A DNA stretch of 64,000 bases, from contig CAWENF010000001.1 in assembly GCA_963810275.1 (NCBI GenBank), positions 1-64,000 on the forward strand. The letters run 5' to 3'. Origin of the DNA: an uncultured archaeon (GTDB taxonomy: Archaea > Thermoproteota > Bathyarchaeia > Bathyarchaeales > Bathycorpusculaceae). The position numbers were made by a program, and so were the translations under genes. Shown piece after piece: positions 62,633 to 64,000 of this stretch (positions are counted from its first letter, which is position 1; each line of letters begins with the position of its first letter). Under the pieces are notes generated by a model, which saw only the letters and a list, made by a program, of their open reading frames with translations, had not been told where the DNA came from and ran no database searches.

Positions 62633-63478
62633 CTAAAACTGCTTGTTATCATTGAAAGTCTGACTGAAAACCCTAATACCGCTGACAACTTTTAATTGCC
62701 CTTTCTTGTTTATGTCGTGACTAGTTTCAAGATGATTAAGGCATTCATCTGTCATTTTTTCAGTTGTAACAAATAGTGATTCGGCTAAATCGCCTTTTGA
62801 GAAAGAGAACATTCGTTTTGTATTTTCTATCCATCTGTCTAGATGGTCAAATTTTGCGTTTGTGTTTTTACATTCTGCCATAACTATAGGGATTCTTTGT
62901 TCATTAAAACCTATGACGTCATTGTTTTTAACGTCAAAATTGGATGTGGGTTTGTAGCGAACCCGAATTTCTTTTACCTTTTTGAACTTTTTCTTGATGA
63001 AATTAGCTGTTCTAAACTCTAAATATTGTCCATGCCCGTCATTTCCTTTTTCAATGAAGATAGCATATTTTTTTATCATTTCTTCACTCATTTTTGCGTA
63101 AAGATTGAAATCTTTTCCACTCGGAGGCGGTTCTTTGAGTTTAGATGCTAATTCCGTTAAAACAATTGGTTCTATTTTTTCTCGGCTATCAATTATTTCT
63201 GTAACAGTTATTAGCTTGTCAAATTTTACTGTTGTTTTTTCTCTCTTTGTGATTCTTACGCCTTTTTCTTTAATTGTTTCGTGAATGATTGTCCTTTTGG
63301 TTTGCCTTTCATAAGCTTCTATGGTGTATTCTTTGATTTTCTTTAAAGTTAGCGAACCCTCAAGGTATTTTACTAAATCACTTTTGTTAAAATTATTTGG
63401 AACATGGTAATTCTCATTCTTTGCTATGGTTCTGAGGGCTTTTTCATCCAGCTTAGAAAGCAGTTGCGCTTTTGTCAT
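62633..63478 (-). CDS. Putative PD-(D/E)xK restriction-endonuclease-like protein
   Basis: LEFRTANF...DVIGF...MAECKN catalytic-like pattern; AT-rich. Confidence 0.6.
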   Translation of the reverse strand: MTKAQLLSKLDEKALRTIAKNENYHVPNNFNKSDLVKYLEGSLTLKKIKEYTIEAYERQTKRTIIHETIKEKGVRITKREKTTVKFDKLITVTEIIDSREKIEPIVLTELASKLKEPPPSGKDFNLYAKMSEEMIKKYAIFIEKGNDGHGQYLEFRTANFIKKKFKKVKEIRVRYKPTSNFDVKNNDVIGFNEQRIPIVMAECKNTNAKFDHLDRWIENTKRMFSFSKGDLAESLFVTTEKMTDECLNHLETSHDINKKGQLKVVSGIRVFSQTFNDNKQF

Positions 63479-63781
63479 AGTGATTAGTTGTTTGATTTAT
63501 TTTTTAAAATTATCTACTAAAACAAAAGACAACTTTCAACTTTAGCATGAAAGCCTCAAAAAATTAGGTTCGAAAAACTTTTTTTCTTCCATTACTAAAA
63601 GTCAAAACCCGAAGTCAAAATTTGCGAGATATACACAAAAACCGCTAAAAAGCAGCCAACAGACGAAAAGTAACAGGGTGTTTTAGCAGATGAAGAGGTA
63701 ACAGAACCTTTCGAGTGGCTTTATAAATAGATGCTTTATATACTCCCTTTATTATTTAAATAGGGAAGCACGTGAGTTGAC

Positions 63782-64000
63782 ATGAGTAAACGAAAACCCA
63801 TCATAAGCATCCAAAACATTGTCGCTTCAGTTTCGCTTAACCAGAAAATCGACTTACAAAAAATCGTCGAAAAATTCCCACAAACAGAATACAACCCATC
63901 AGTTTTCCCCGGCTTAGTTTTCCGCCTCAAAAAACCCAAAACTGCCACCCTGATTTTTGGCACAGGCAAAATGGTTTGTACTGGCGCCAAATCGGAAAAA
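63782..64000 (+). CDS. tbp: TATA-box-binding protein (partial, runs off window)
   Basis: MSKRKPIISIQNIVASVSL...EYNPSVFPGLVFRLKKPKTATLIFGTGKMVCTGAKS. Confidence 0.96.
   Translation, partial: MSKRKPIISIQNIVASVSLNQKIDLQKIVEKFPQTEYNPSVFPGLVFRLKKPKTATLIFGTGKMVCTGAKSEK

Noticed and set aside
63736-63990. 84-aa minus-strand ORF
   Set aside because: The real gene is TBP on the + strand, truncated by the window edge
1-64000. CRISPR arrays, rRNA, IS elements, inteins
   Set aside because: No regularly spaced repeats, rRNA signatures, transposase motifs or oversized housekeeping genes were seen

Overview
Archaeal chromosomal window, most likely from Bathyarchaeia. This is inferred from the gene set: TBP, pelota, TiaS, TrmI, an ESCRT-III/CdvB-like gene, PolB2, an Fpo-like group 4 [NiFe]-hydrogenase, a large PQQ-like surface protein and a multi-intron tRNA. 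Housekeeping genes (trmI, pyrG, pfkA, hisS, tiaS, alaS, dnaK/grpE/dnaJ, proBA, hppA, pelota, tbp) are interspersed with small regulators, membrane proteins and decayed gene remnants. Highlights: (1) a 10-gene complex-I-like operon whose C/D subunit keeps both [NiFe] CxxC motifs; (2) a RadA-like/small ORF/PolB2 cassette followed by remnants of DUF72 and a DUF1998 helicase; (3) a tRNA-Tyr with two BHB introns and a 7-nt anticodon exon; (4) an unknown RHH-like gene heading grpE-dnaK, with palindromes over its promoter (candidate heat-shock regulator). Seven single-base frameshifts across five loci all look like +1 insertions and are probably sequencing errors. No CRISPR array, rRNA or intact mobile element was seen. 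All calls come from reading motifs by eye; no database searches were run.
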